A stretch of DNA of 64,000 nt from Candidatus Woesearchaeota archaeon (lineage in GTDB: Archaea; Nanobdellota; Nanobdellia; Woesearchaeales; B72-G16). Within the stretch, counting starts at the first letter, position 1. Each line of letters starts with the position of its first letter. Below, one piece after another: positions 9,633 through 18,267 of this stretch. The notes below the pieces were generated by a model. That model did not search any database, was not told the DNA's origin, and saw nothing but the letters and a program-made list of their open reading frames with translations. The position numbers and the translations under genes are program-made. The stretch covers positions 15,103 through 79,102 of the forward strand of contig QMQO01000003.1 of the NCBI GenBank assembly GCA_003650545.1, given 5' to 3'.

Positions 9633-10178
9633 ATGACTTATAGAGTAAATAAAAAAGGAGCAATACAACTTTCTACTAATTTTTTAGTTTCCCTGATTAT
9701 TGCTCTGGCTTTTTTTGGTGTTGGAATGTTCATCATCACAACAATTGTTGGAAAGAGCAGAGAACTTTGCGTTGGTGGAGTCTGTCTAAATGATGAAGAG
9801 TGTGATAAGTTTGGCTGCCTTCCGGGAGAGGATGTGTGCATTGATTCCAGCAGCAAGGTCATGCATAAAAAAGCAGTGACATTTTGCATGACTATATTTA
9901 ACAAATATCTGAATACGCATAAATTTAAGTGGAGCATCGATGGACCATATAGAGTTACACCTGAAGGACTAGAACCCGGAGCTGGCTTAGAATATAAAAT
10001 GACAACTATTAACGATTTTGTTCTGATTCAACCAAAGAAATCAGTAAAGAAACATATCCTTATCAAAAACATAGGTGCTGAGCCTGGAACTTATTCATTT
10101 AATTTAACAGTCAAACATAAATACAATGGGCATCTATCTGATTATGAAAAAGAGGTATTTTTTGTTACTGTTCCTTAA
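9633..10178 (+). CDS. archaeal type IV pilin-like protein (class III signal peptide)
   Basis: The N-terminus MTYRVNKKG/AIQLSTNFLVSLIIALAFFGVGMFII shows the class III signal pattern. It is followed by a Cys-rich segment and then a beta-rich domain. Confidence 0.55.
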   Translation: MTYRVNKKGAIQLSTNFLVSLIIALAFFGVGMFIITTIVGKSRELCVGGVCLNDEECDKFGCLPGEDVCIDSSSKVMHKKAVTFCMTIFNKYLNTHKFKWSIDGPYRVTPEGLEPGAGLEYKMTTINDFVLIQPKKSVKKHILIKNIGAEPGTYSFNLTVKHKYNGHLSDYEKEVFFVTVP

Positions 10179-10246
10179 TTCATATCCTAAGATTAGAAAA
10201 TTAATTTCTGATTTTTAATACTGAGATTTTTTATTTCTATTTCTGA

Positions 10247-10870
10247 TCAAAATTTCTGATCAAACCTTTTTTCTGCAAACACATTCAGCCAGTTATAGCT
10301 ATTTTCGCGTTCAGAATAGGCTCTAATAATGTGAAAACCAGCCTGTTTCATTAAAGCTGTTAATTCATCAAGCTTGTAAAATGCAAAAAACCTTGGAAGA
10401 TTCCCTGATTTAGAATAGGTTACCATGCGCTCGCCATCACCTTCGCGTAAACCAATATAAATAATTCCTTTTGTCTTTAGTACGCGTTTGTACTCTTTTA
10501 GTAGATCCAGTGCATTTTTTTTTAAACAATGACAGAAGGTTGCATGACACCACACTCCATCGAATATGCCGTCTTCAAAACTCATGTTGAACATATCCAT
10601 CACCTTGAATTTTCCTTCTGGAACGCGTTTCTTTGCTTCATCTATCAGGTTTTTACTTGCGTCTATTCCAATTGTATCAAAGCCATCTTCTATTAGATAT
10701 TGAACATCTCTTCCAGAAGCACATCCAACATCAAGCACTTTAGCTTTCTTTGGCAGAAATGAGATAAATTCATTTAAAGGGAACTGAACAATCTTCTGGA
10801 AGTTGTATTCAGCATACTCTTTTGCGAACTTATCATAGACTGCTATTGTATCTTTAAGTTCTTGCTCCAT
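10247..10870 (-). CDS. class I SAM-dependent methyltransferase
   Basis: Motif I VLDVGCASGRD, the post-I segment IGIDAS, and LKTKGIIYIG are present. 207 aa. Confidence 0.8.
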   Translation of the reverse strand: MEQELKDTIAVYDKFAKEYAEYNFQKIVQFPLNEFISFLPKKAKVLDVGCASGRDVQYLIEDGFDTIGIDASKNLIDEAKKRVPEGKFKVMDMFNMSFEDGIFDGVWCHATFCHCLKKNALDLLKEYKRVLKTKGIIYIGLREGDGERMVTYSKSGNLPRFFAFYKLDELTALMKQAGFHIIRAYSERENSYNWLNVFAEKRFDQKF

Positions 10871-11054
10871 TCCAGCATAGAAGAAGTTGTTGTTTTTAAA
10901 GATTTCTGTATGATGAATGATGTATGATGATGATAACTTGAAGAAAATCCCACGAAGGTTTCACAAATAATCTAACATGGTTTTATTAGAGCTAATTGTT
11001 ATTTAAGATTGTTATTTCATAAAGATAATTTTATTTCAAATTGCTATTTTAAAT

Positions 11055-11717
11055 TTATTTCATAACATCCTTAACAATCATCACCAATGCATCTTTTGGC
11101 TTTCTAGCTTTAACAACAGCAGAAGAAAGCAGAACCCCTTTTGCCCCAAGATCAATAGCTAGCTTGATGTCTTTACTATTGTGGATACCTGCTCCTACTA
11201 ACAGCGGTGTTTTAAGGTATTTAGCTATGTTCTGAATTATGTGTGGTTTTGCTTTACTAACACTGATCCTTCCTGCAATCAGCTCAGGTGGCTCGATAGC
11301 AATGAAGTTAGGTTGCAGCGCATCTATCAATCTAGCGTCTGCACTATTTGGAGCACAGACTATTGATTTTAGGCCAGTTTCAATGCATCTCTCTATTGTC
11401 TTTTCTATATCTATAAATCTAACTGGGTGCTCTGAATGATTAATTAGTGTACCTATAGCACCTGCTGATCTAACAGCCTCTGGCAAAATAAAGCCTGTAT
11501 GTTTTCCTAGGTTGATTGGATCAACATGCTGCGCTACTATTGGAATATCAACCACTTCATAAATACGTTCTATATCAAGAAGTTGCGGAGCAATTGCGAT
11601 ATTTGCATTGGTTTCTTTAGCAGCACGATCACAGGCTTTTGCTAGTATCATGGCTTGCTTTCCTGTTGCTTCTTTATAAGCCTTAAAGTTAACTAATACA
11701 AATGGAGTCTTTAACAT
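11055..11717 (-). CDS. tpiA: triosephosphate isomerase (short archaeal type)
   Basis: VLVNFKAYKEATG, the catalytic region LINHSEH, IAIEPPELIG and VGAGI are present. The 220-aa length is typical of archaeal TIM. Confidence 0.9.
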   Translation of the reverse strand: MLKTPFVLVNFKAYKEATGKQAMILAKACDRAAKETNANIAIAPQLLDIERIYEVVDIPIVAQHVDPINLGKHTGFILPEAVRSAGAIGTLINHSEHPVRFIDIEKTIERCIETGLKSIVCAPNSADARLIDALQPNFIAIEPPELIAGRISVSKAKPHIIQNIAKYLKTPLLVGAGIHNSKDIKLAIDLGAKGVLLSSAVVKARKPKDALVMIVKDVMK

Positions 11718-11809
11718 TTAGAATAGATATATTTGAGTATATATATATTTTATGTTAGAATTAAGCCCTTGTTTTTAATAAAATAGGATTTTAATAAAAT
11801 AGGAAAAGA

Positions 11810-11956
11810 TTATGCTTTTCCTAGTATCCTGAACACTTTAGTTCCACAGGTTGGACACTCACCTTTGATGGCTTTCATACCATTCTTAAGAACAACCTCT
11901 TTGCCATTCTTAATCTCAACCTGTTTTTTACACTTCATACACCTTCCCTGTGCCAT
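11810..11956 (-). CDS. small zinc-ribbon protein (DUF5679-like)
   Basis: MAQGRCMKCKKQVEIKNGKEVVLKNGMKAIKGECPTCGTKVFRILGKA contains CxxC...CxxC. I trimmed the start to the internal Met preceded by GGGGAGGTG. Confidence 0.5.
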   Translation of the reverse strand: MAQGRCMKCKKQVEIKNGKEVVLKNGMKAIKGECPTCGTKVFRILGKA

Positions 11957-12152
11957 TAATAACACCTCCCCAAATATGAAATTATTTAGTAATAATTGAG
12001 TTTTATATATAAACATTTCTATTATTATTCATATTTATTCTCTATATTTGAGAATTATTCGTCATTGTATAAAGACGACAAATTATACTTTTCTTTGTCA
12101 AACATCACATCAAATATCAGAAAAAATAAAAATTCACCTCTTTTATTTAGGT

Positions 12153-12317
12153 TTATCTAGCCATTTTACAGCCACGTGTAAATGCATGGCCGATTAAGTC
12201 ACCATCATCAATATCTTCGTCAATAGCTTCTTCCTCTTCCTCAGCTATTGAGTCATAACCTTTAGATGCGATTTCGAGTAGCTCCTTTTCAATCTCTTCT
12301 ATCATATCCTTTACCAT
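12153..12317 (-). CDS. hypothetical small acidic protein
   Basis: MVKDMIEEIEKELLEIASKGYDSIAEEEEEAIDEDIDD.... The start is preceded by AGAGGGGTGAG. No family recognised. Confidence 0.25.
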   Translation of the reverse strand: MVKDMIEEIEKELLEIASKGYDSIAEEEEEAIDEDIDDGDLIGHAFTRGCKMAR

Positions 12318-12841
12318 GGAACTCACCCCTCTCTGATTTATTATTTTATAACAGTAATTTAACATCATGCTGTGTATATAAAGATTTGTTGTGGCATTTA
12401 ATACAACAAACGAAAAGATTAAATATTAAGGGTGTATCCAGAGATGTAGAACAGAGATATAGGAGATAATAACAGAGGTATAAGAGCATAACAACAAGAT
12501 GTAGGGGTAATAGCATATATACTTGTTTATTGACATTATGTGCTATATATACTATATATTGGCACTATACGACACTTACTATAGCAAGATATACTGAGTA
12601 GCAGGGTAAAGCAGGGTAATATCCATTAGATCAATAGCTCTGAAACCTTTAATATGATTTAGAAATTTTAGTAAATAATACTTACATAACATATTCAGAA
12701 ATAACATCAAACATAACATAAACCACATAACAAAGATTAGTTATGTTTGGTTCATTATTTACAGGTTATATTCAAAGTAACATAATATTAATCATAGACA
12801 TCTATGTTGTGACATCTATGTTGTCTATATGGGGGGATAAT

Positions 12842-13582
12842 ATGCATGAAAAAATATTGAGGGAGATTGGTCTTAGTAATAATGAAGCAAAAATTTACCT
12901 TGCACTGTTAGAATATGGCTCTGCTACAGCTTGTAAAATAGCAGAGAAGTCTGGGGTACATAGGAGTAATGTTTATGATGCATTAGAGCGTTTGTTAGAA
13001 AAAGGTCTTGTGAAATATGTGATTAAAGGAAATGTGAAGGTGTTTGGTGTTTTATCTCCAGAAAATCTTCTAAGCTATGTTAATCAAAAAAGCGAATTAT
13101 TAAAGAAGATTTTGCCTGAGATGATGCTTAAGCATAGCTTGACTGAAGAGAAAACACGTGCATATATACATCAGGGTGTATCTGCATTTAGACTAATATT
13201 GCAAGAGTGGCTGAAAAAGAAAAAACCAATTCTTGTTTATGGCATTCCAAAGAATGCAATTGATCTTATTGGTCCCTGGATAGAGGTGTTTCATAATGAG
13301 AGGATCAAGAAAAAGATTCAGATGAACCACATCTATAATGATGATGCTAAGGAGAGGATTAGTTTTCTTAACAAGTTGCCTTATACCGCGGCTCGTTTTT
13401 TGAATAATAAGTACGAATCAATGGTATCAACAAACATCTGTGGCGATGAGGTAATGCTATCATTGTGGATTCCTCCAGTTATCGTCATTAGGATAACTAG
13501 CTCTAAAATAGCAGAATCCTACAGAAATTATTTCAATGTTCTATGGAATGTTGCCAGGCAAGATGCTAGGCAGGATGATTAA
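12842..13582 (+). CDS. TrmB-family transcriptional regulator
   Basis: The N-terminal wHTH reads MHEKILREIGLSNNEAKIYLALLEYGSATACKIAEKSGVHRSNVYDALERLLEKGLV. I moved the start to the ATG at 12842, which is preceded by GGGGGG. Confidence 0.75.
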   Translation: MHEKILREIGLSNNEAKIYLALLEYGSATACKIAEKSGVHRSNVYDALERLLEKGLVKYVIKGNVKVFGVLSPENLLSYVNQKSELLKKILPEMMLKHSLTEEKTRAYIHQGVSAFRLILQEWLKKKKPILVYGIPKNAIDLIGPWIEVFHNERIKKKIQMNHIYNDDAKERISFLNKLPYTAARFLNNKYESMVSTNICGDEVMLSLWIPPVIVIRITSSKIAESYRNYFNVLWNVARQDARQDD

Positions 13583-13625
13583 TATTTCAAATTGGATTTC
13601 AAATTAAAAATTATTTTTAATACTT

Positions 13626-14897
13626 TTAATAGTTAGGTTTAAAAGCAACAATACCGCCTATCTCTGCGCCTGGTTTGCTTATATCCTTATTTGGTCTAGA
13701 AGCTTTTATGTTCTCAAACCCTGCTTCCAATAACAATCTTTCTATGAATCGTCTAGAACTGTAGTATTCGACTCTACCAGATAGTGCTAGTTTCATTTCA
13801 TCATCTACATCACGCAATAATTGGTCGATTATGCCGTACTTATCAACATCTGTACCCTCTAATGCTTCTATAAAAGGTCTTGTTCCATCATAGAATTGTT
13901 TAACTGGTTTGATAAAATTTTTTTCATCGTCCTCTATACCGCTATCTATCAGAGGAATTGCTCTCTTATCTTCTTTTAATTTCATTATAACAACATTATA
14001 CCCCATATTCTTAAATTTAGTTACATGCTTTTTTTCGATTGGCAATATAACTAGGCCTTCATTATCTATTACTATTTCGTGTTCTGCTTTTGGTTTTTCT
14101 TTGCAGTATTCAATATCAAATTGGGTGCATCCTTTTGGCACGTTCAGATAGTAAGTTATGTCAGCGTCTCTTTTGTCTATAACAGCTATGTTTGTATTCA
14201 GTAGCTTTGAAACATCTTCTGCTATCTTCTTTATCTTAGCTTCACTATATCTCATATCTGCAAAACCTGTTCCATAGTATAACATGCCACCAGGCTTTAA
14301 CATACTCCATATACCTTTTACAACGTCAAATAATGCATCCTTGTAAGGCGCTGTATGGTGAAGTGTTAGTGTAGCATCTACACAATCTGCACTCTCGTCA
14401 GCCACACAGAAACCTGTTCTTATGTCGTTCTCGATAAGTGTTATAGAACTATTTGGAAGTTCTGATGCTGTGATATTCTTCTTTATATTCTTTTTTGATT
14501 TATGAATAATGTTCTCTATGCCGAGCTCTTCACTTTGCTTTATGTGTTTTAGCCGGTTTAGCAACTCTTCTTTTGAAGAACTTAGTTGTATGGAAGTGAT
14601 AAAGAAATCTTTTGACCTCTTGTAAGTGTATAAAGCAGCCATCCCAAGAACTTCTGGATTATAGTCTAGACCAATGATTTTCAGATTTGGTCCAAGATTT
14701 GCTAATATGTTCATTTTATCTCCATAAGGAGCCAAGTTGGAACCAACGCCAACTATACAAAGGACTTTAGAATCACTTTGTCTTAAATAGGATATCACAT
14801 GCTTGAAAAGGTCCTTATGCAGATTGCTGAATATCTCTGCTTTTATGAGTGCTCTGTATGGCAATGTTTTTGCAGCGATGTCTTGTTTGTTTGACAT
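13626..14897 (-). CDS. SAM-methyltransferase-fold protein with large insertion and C-terminal extension
   Basis: Class I methyltransferase-like motifs are present: VLCIVGVGSN (motif I-like), IIGLDYNPEVL, ADCVDATLTLHH and LKPGGMLYYG. An insertion of about 70 aa follows motif II, and a 190-aa C-terminal region has no recognisable family. Confidence 0.55.
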   Translation of the reverse strand: MSNKQDIAAKTLPYRALIKAEIFSNLHKDLFKHVISYLRQSDSKVLCIVGVGSNLAPYGDKMNILANLGPNLKIIGLDYNPEVLGMAALYTYKRSKDFFITSIQLSSSKEELLNRLKHIKQSEELGIENIIHKSKKNIKKNITASELPNSSITLIENDIRTGFCVADESADCVDATLTLHHTAPYKDALFDVVKGIWSMLKPGGMLYYGTGFADMRYSEAKIKKIAEDVSKLLNTNIAVIDKRDADITYYLNVPKGCTQFDIEYCKEKPKAEHEIVIDNEGLVILPIEKKHVTKFKNMGYNVVIMKLKEDKRAIPLIDSGIEDDEKNFIKPVKQFYDGTRPFIEALEGTDVDKYGIIDQLLRDVDDEMKLALSGRVEYYSSRRFIERLLLEAGFENIKASRPNKDISKPGAEIGGIVAFKPNY

Positions 14898-14914
14898 AGT
14901 ACTAAAGTTTTAAT

Positions 14915-16174
14915 TCAATTATTTTTAACTAAATTTTTAATAAAAGAGAGCTCTTCAAGAATTTCTTTTTTTGATAAGAGTGAATAAGAAGTATCTATTG
15001 GTCTATCAGAATAGCTTTTTATTACAGAGGTTATGTTAGGAGCTCTATTGTATAATTCCTTGAACGACTCTTTTGATAGATCCTTAGCTTGTTCAATCAT
15101 TTCGGTTTCTTCTTCTGTTAGATCTAACCTTTCGTCTCCTGTTGGGTTCAGTTCTTCTAATGGCACTGGATAAAATTTTCCATCCTGGAATTTACCTTTG
15201 GTGCCTATACAATACCCAATATCTGCGGTTAGCTCACCAAAACTTGGAGAAAAACAACCAACATTTGCAGTTTTGTTGTCTAGAAGATCTATTAGAAGAT
15301 CATAAATAAAAGATGGGTTCTGTTCGATTCCACTGTATGAGCCAATATAGCTCTGGTCAAAACCCTTTTCTGGAGCATTATGAAGTATACCTCTCACAAG
15401 CGGAGTCATCTCTTCATCTATAAGTATGTTGTATTCTTTTAAAAAAGGAAAAGGTATGCCATTAATTTTGATCTGTGAAAATAAGTAGACTGGTTGATGG
15501 TGGACACCTGAGACAAGTGTGTTTTCTATACTCAATTCTTCATCAGACTGATCTTTGACATATTGATATAGATCATGTCCTTTATCTTTTTTTATTTTTC
15601 TAACAGCTGTGAGTATTTTCTCTTGATGATTAACACCATTTGGGCCAAGCCAATATCTGAGGCTTTTATAAAACCTATCAGAATCTAATATAGGACTGAC
15701 CAATAATTCATCAGGATAGCCTGCTATGTACTTTGTTATGATTGCGTTTTCTTCTGGTAGATTAGAAGACATGAAAACAGTGGCTTTTTTCCTGGTTTTT
15801 GCCAGAAGTTTAGCAAATTCTATTATTCCACTTAGATTATGTTGATGAATCAAAAAACGCGATCCCTGTACTGTGGCTTCTTGTTCTGGTTTATGTTGTT
15901 TTATTGCATTTACAACAACATCACAATTATCAATAAGATCTGGTGATAGTTCACAAAAAGGAATAAACTGGACATCTTTTTCAGGATCTTTTTCTTTAGC
16001 CCTCTCTATTCTTCGTTCATATGCTTCTTTTTGCGAATTCAATATAGAGTGGCTTCTTCTAACAGCATAGATCTTTTTAACACGATCGTTGTTGATTGTA
16101 TCTGTCAATAACTTGTCTCCAGTAAACCCTAGACCTAAGATTAACAGGTTAATTTGGTCTAATGCAGCACCCAT
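14915..16174 (-). CDS. divergent LDH/MDH-like NAD(P)-binding Rossmann protein
   Basis: It has INLLILGLGFTG (GxGxxG), VFMSSNLPEENAIITKYIAGYP..ILDSDRF (compare vvvsNPvD...LDsaRF of lactate/malate dehydrogenases) and SGVHHQPV (compare GEHGDS). There is a C-terminal extension of about 100 aa. I moved the start to the ATG at 16174, which is preceded by AGGGGG. Confidence 0.5.
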   Translation of the reverse strand: MGAALDQINLLILGLGFTGDKLLTDTINNDRVKKIYAVRRSHSILNSQKEAYERRIERAKEKDPEKDVQFIPFCELSPDLIDNCDVVVNAIKQHKPEQEATVQGSRFLIHQHNLSGIIEFAKLLAKTRKKATVFMSSNLPEENAIITKYIAGYPDELLVSPILDSDRFYKSLRYWLGPNGVNHQEKILTAVRKIKKDKGHDLYQYVKDQSDEELSIENTLVSGVHHQPVYLFSQIKINGIPFPFLKEYNILIDEEMTPLVRGILHNAPEKGFDQSYIGSYSGIEQNPSFIYDLLIDLLDNKTANVGCFSPSFGELTADIGYCIGTKGKFQDGKFYPVPLEELNPTGDERLDLTEEETEMIEQAKDLSKESFKELYNRAPNITSVIKSYSDRPIDTSYSLLSKKEILEELSFIKNLVKNN

Positions 16175-16308
16175 TGCGTACCCCCTGTAATGTAGTAAAA
16201 CCAAGTCATATTTATAAAGATTTCTATTCTCTATCTCTAGTGTTGTGTTGTTGGTTCAAGAGATGATTTTTAATAGAATTAATAAAACTGTTAATAAAAT
16301 TAAAAAGT

Positions 16309-16911
16309 TCAGAGCTCGATATCTGCTATTGAGTTATACTTTCTTATGTTGTCTACATTGTAGATGTTAGCTATGGTTAATATGTCATCGATATAACTAG
16401 GAGGATCTACAATATATAGACAACCTTTTTTGCCTCTTTTATCTATTTTGTTTCTTAAACGGTCTGCATTTGCAACAAAGATATCTCCAACAGTTTTTGA
16501 ATCAATGTAGCGTGCATATTTTAGAAAGAAAACTAAATTTTTGTTGTACTTTACTAACTCGTCTATCTTTGCGATATTGGTCTTATACCTAGCTTCATCT
16601 GTATACCATAGATCGCCCTTGATTATGATAACTGTGGTATCTTTGACTTTTTCAAAAGCAGGATTTATATCATACCATTTTATTATCCATGGCGCCATTT
16701 CTTCTAACATAGCTATATTCCTATCAGTACTAGGACAGATGTACACACCTTCTTTTTTGTGCTTATAGAGATTTCTAATTTTTATTCTCATTGGTTTTGT
16801 ACCTAAACCCTCTCTCATCTCTAGTTCAGCTTCTATTCTATCTGTTTGTCTCTTACCATCACATTGGAATATATTATCAGCAGGCATCGAAAACGCACCA
16901 TAATTTTTCAT
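16309..16911 (-). CDS. hypothetical protein (first gene of a 3-gene operon)
   Basis: 200-aa ORF with normal composition. It is co-oriented with and tightly spaced to the next two genes. No family recognised. Confidence 0.4.
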   Translation of the reverse strand: MKNYGAFSMPADNIFQCDGKRQTDRIEAELEMREGLGTKPMRIKIRNLYKHKKEGVYICPSTDRNIAMLEEMAPWIIKWYDINPAFEKVKDTTVIIIKGDLWYTDEARYKTNIAKIDELVKYNKNLVFFLKYARYIDSKTVGDIFVANADRLRNKIDKRGKKGCLYIVDPPSYIDDILTIANIYNVDNIRKYNSIADIEL

Positions 16912-17008
16912 ATAATACCCCCATTATGTTGTGTGTGTGTTTTAATTTATAAAGGTTTCTGTTTATAAAATAATAATGATAATAACAAATGATTATAATA
17001 ATTTCTTG

Positions 17009-17920
17009 CTATTTTGATTTAGCATTGAAAATACTGTGAATAGCGCGACTACCCTGCGAAGCAGCTGTTATGATCTGTTTGAACTCGGTTTCATTTGTGA
17101 TGTCTCCGGCAGCATAAACTCGGGCTATGTTTGTTGCCATATTTTTGTCAACTTTAACATAGCCGTATTCATCCATTTCTATGCCGAGTTCTTTTACAAT
17201 TGCTGTGCTTGGCACTTGGCCAATCTCGATTAGAACAGCTTCAACTTTAAGTTCAGAATTGTCTTTTAGAAGCACCGAGCTTACAAGTTGTTCGCCACGA
17301 ATCTCTTTGACTTCTGCAAAAGTTTTAATTTCAATATTCTGCCTTTTTTTAACAGACTCTATGTTAATGGGCTCAGCTTTAAATCTGTCAGAGCGAACAA
17401 GAAGATAAACTTTATTTGCTATGTCAGACATAAACAATGCTGTTTTAAATGCCGCGTCACCGCCACCGACAACAGCTACATTCATGCCTTTGAATAAAGG
17501 ACCATCGCAAGTTGCGCAATAGGTCACACCTTTGCCGTAAAATTTGTCCTCACCAGGAATGTTTAATTTTCTTCTTTTGGTGCCTAACGCAACAATGAGG
17601 TATTTGCCAAAATAATCTTCTTTATCTGTTATGATTCTAAACAATTCCCCCTCTTTTTTTGCTTCTTTAATATTGGTTTGTACAATAGGAACATTCAATG
17701 ATTCTGCATGCTCTTGCATTTTTTTCATAAGATCTGGACCAGAAATACTCTTATAACCAGGATAATTCTCAACAAGATGTGTTGTAGCAGCAAGACCACC
17801 TAGCTCCTTCCCAATAATACAGCTCTTTATTTGATAGCGTGCTGCATATATACCTGCAGCAAATGAAGCAGGTCCTGCACCTAAAATTAGCACCTCATAA
17901 GTATTTTTTTCATCAGCCAT
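17009..17920 (-). CDS. trxB: thioredoxin-disulfide reductase
   Basis: It has FAD motif VLILGAGPASFAAGIYAAR, redox-active CATCDG, NADPH motif VVGGGDAA and C-terminal AAGD. 303 aa. Confidence 0.9.
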   Translation of the reverse strand: MADEKNTYEVLILGAGPASFAAGIYAARYQIKSCIIGKELGGLAATTHLVENYPGYKSISGPDLMKKMQEHAESLNVPIVQTNIKEAKKEGELFRIITDKEDYFGKYLIVALGTKRRKLNIPGEDKFYGKGVTYCATCDGPLFKGMNVAVVGGGDAAFKTALFMSDIANKVYLLVRSDRFKAEPINIESVKKRQNIEIKTFAEVKEIRGEQLVSSVLLKDNSELKVEAVLIEIGQVPSTAIVKELGIEMDEYGYVKVDKNMATNIARVYAAGDITNETEFKQIITAASQGSRAIHSIFNAKSK

Positions 17921-17945
17921 TCATATATGAGAAATATGGTTGTAT

Positions 17946-17960
17946 ATATGTGTTGCGATT
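17946..17960. repeat. left arm of a 15-bp perfect inverted repeat (atatgtgttgcgatt)
   Basis: Its exact reverse complement is at 18078-18092. The arms bracket about 117 bp containing further direct repeats (tagtcaYtaacact) and an inner 9-bp inverted repeat (ctaactaac/gttagttag). Confidence 0.85.
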
Positions 17961-18077
17961 TCTCTCTAGTCACTAACACTTCACTAGTCATTAACACTTT
18001 ATTAACACTGGTCATTAATATCAGCTAACTAACTGTTCTTAATATTAGCTCTGAGTTAGTTAGGATTTAAAACTTAA

Positions 18078-18092
18078 AATCGCAACACATAT
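18078..18092. repeat. right arm of the 15-bp perfect inverted repeat (aatcgcaacacatat)
   Basis: Reverse complement of 17946-17960. It lies in the trxB/polB divergent intergenic region. Confidence 0.85.
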
Positions 18093-18267
18093 TTAGCATT
18101 TTACTAAAAGCTGATTAGAATTTAGAACATTTAGAACATATTTTGACAAAATATATAAATACCAATCAATAGTTAGATATAGTTATTTTGATTATTGTTA
18201 TGTACTGTATGTAGCATGTGTTGGTTGCGTATGCTATACACAAAATTACTATTTTAAGGTTTTGATT

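Noticed and set aside
17946-18092. Replication origin (ORB elements flanking an AT-rich unwinding element) next to polB
   Set aside because: The inverted repeats do not resemble ORB or mini-ORB consensus, and no orc1/cdc6 gene is adjacent. I kept it as a low-probability alternative in the finding and did not annotate it as an origin.
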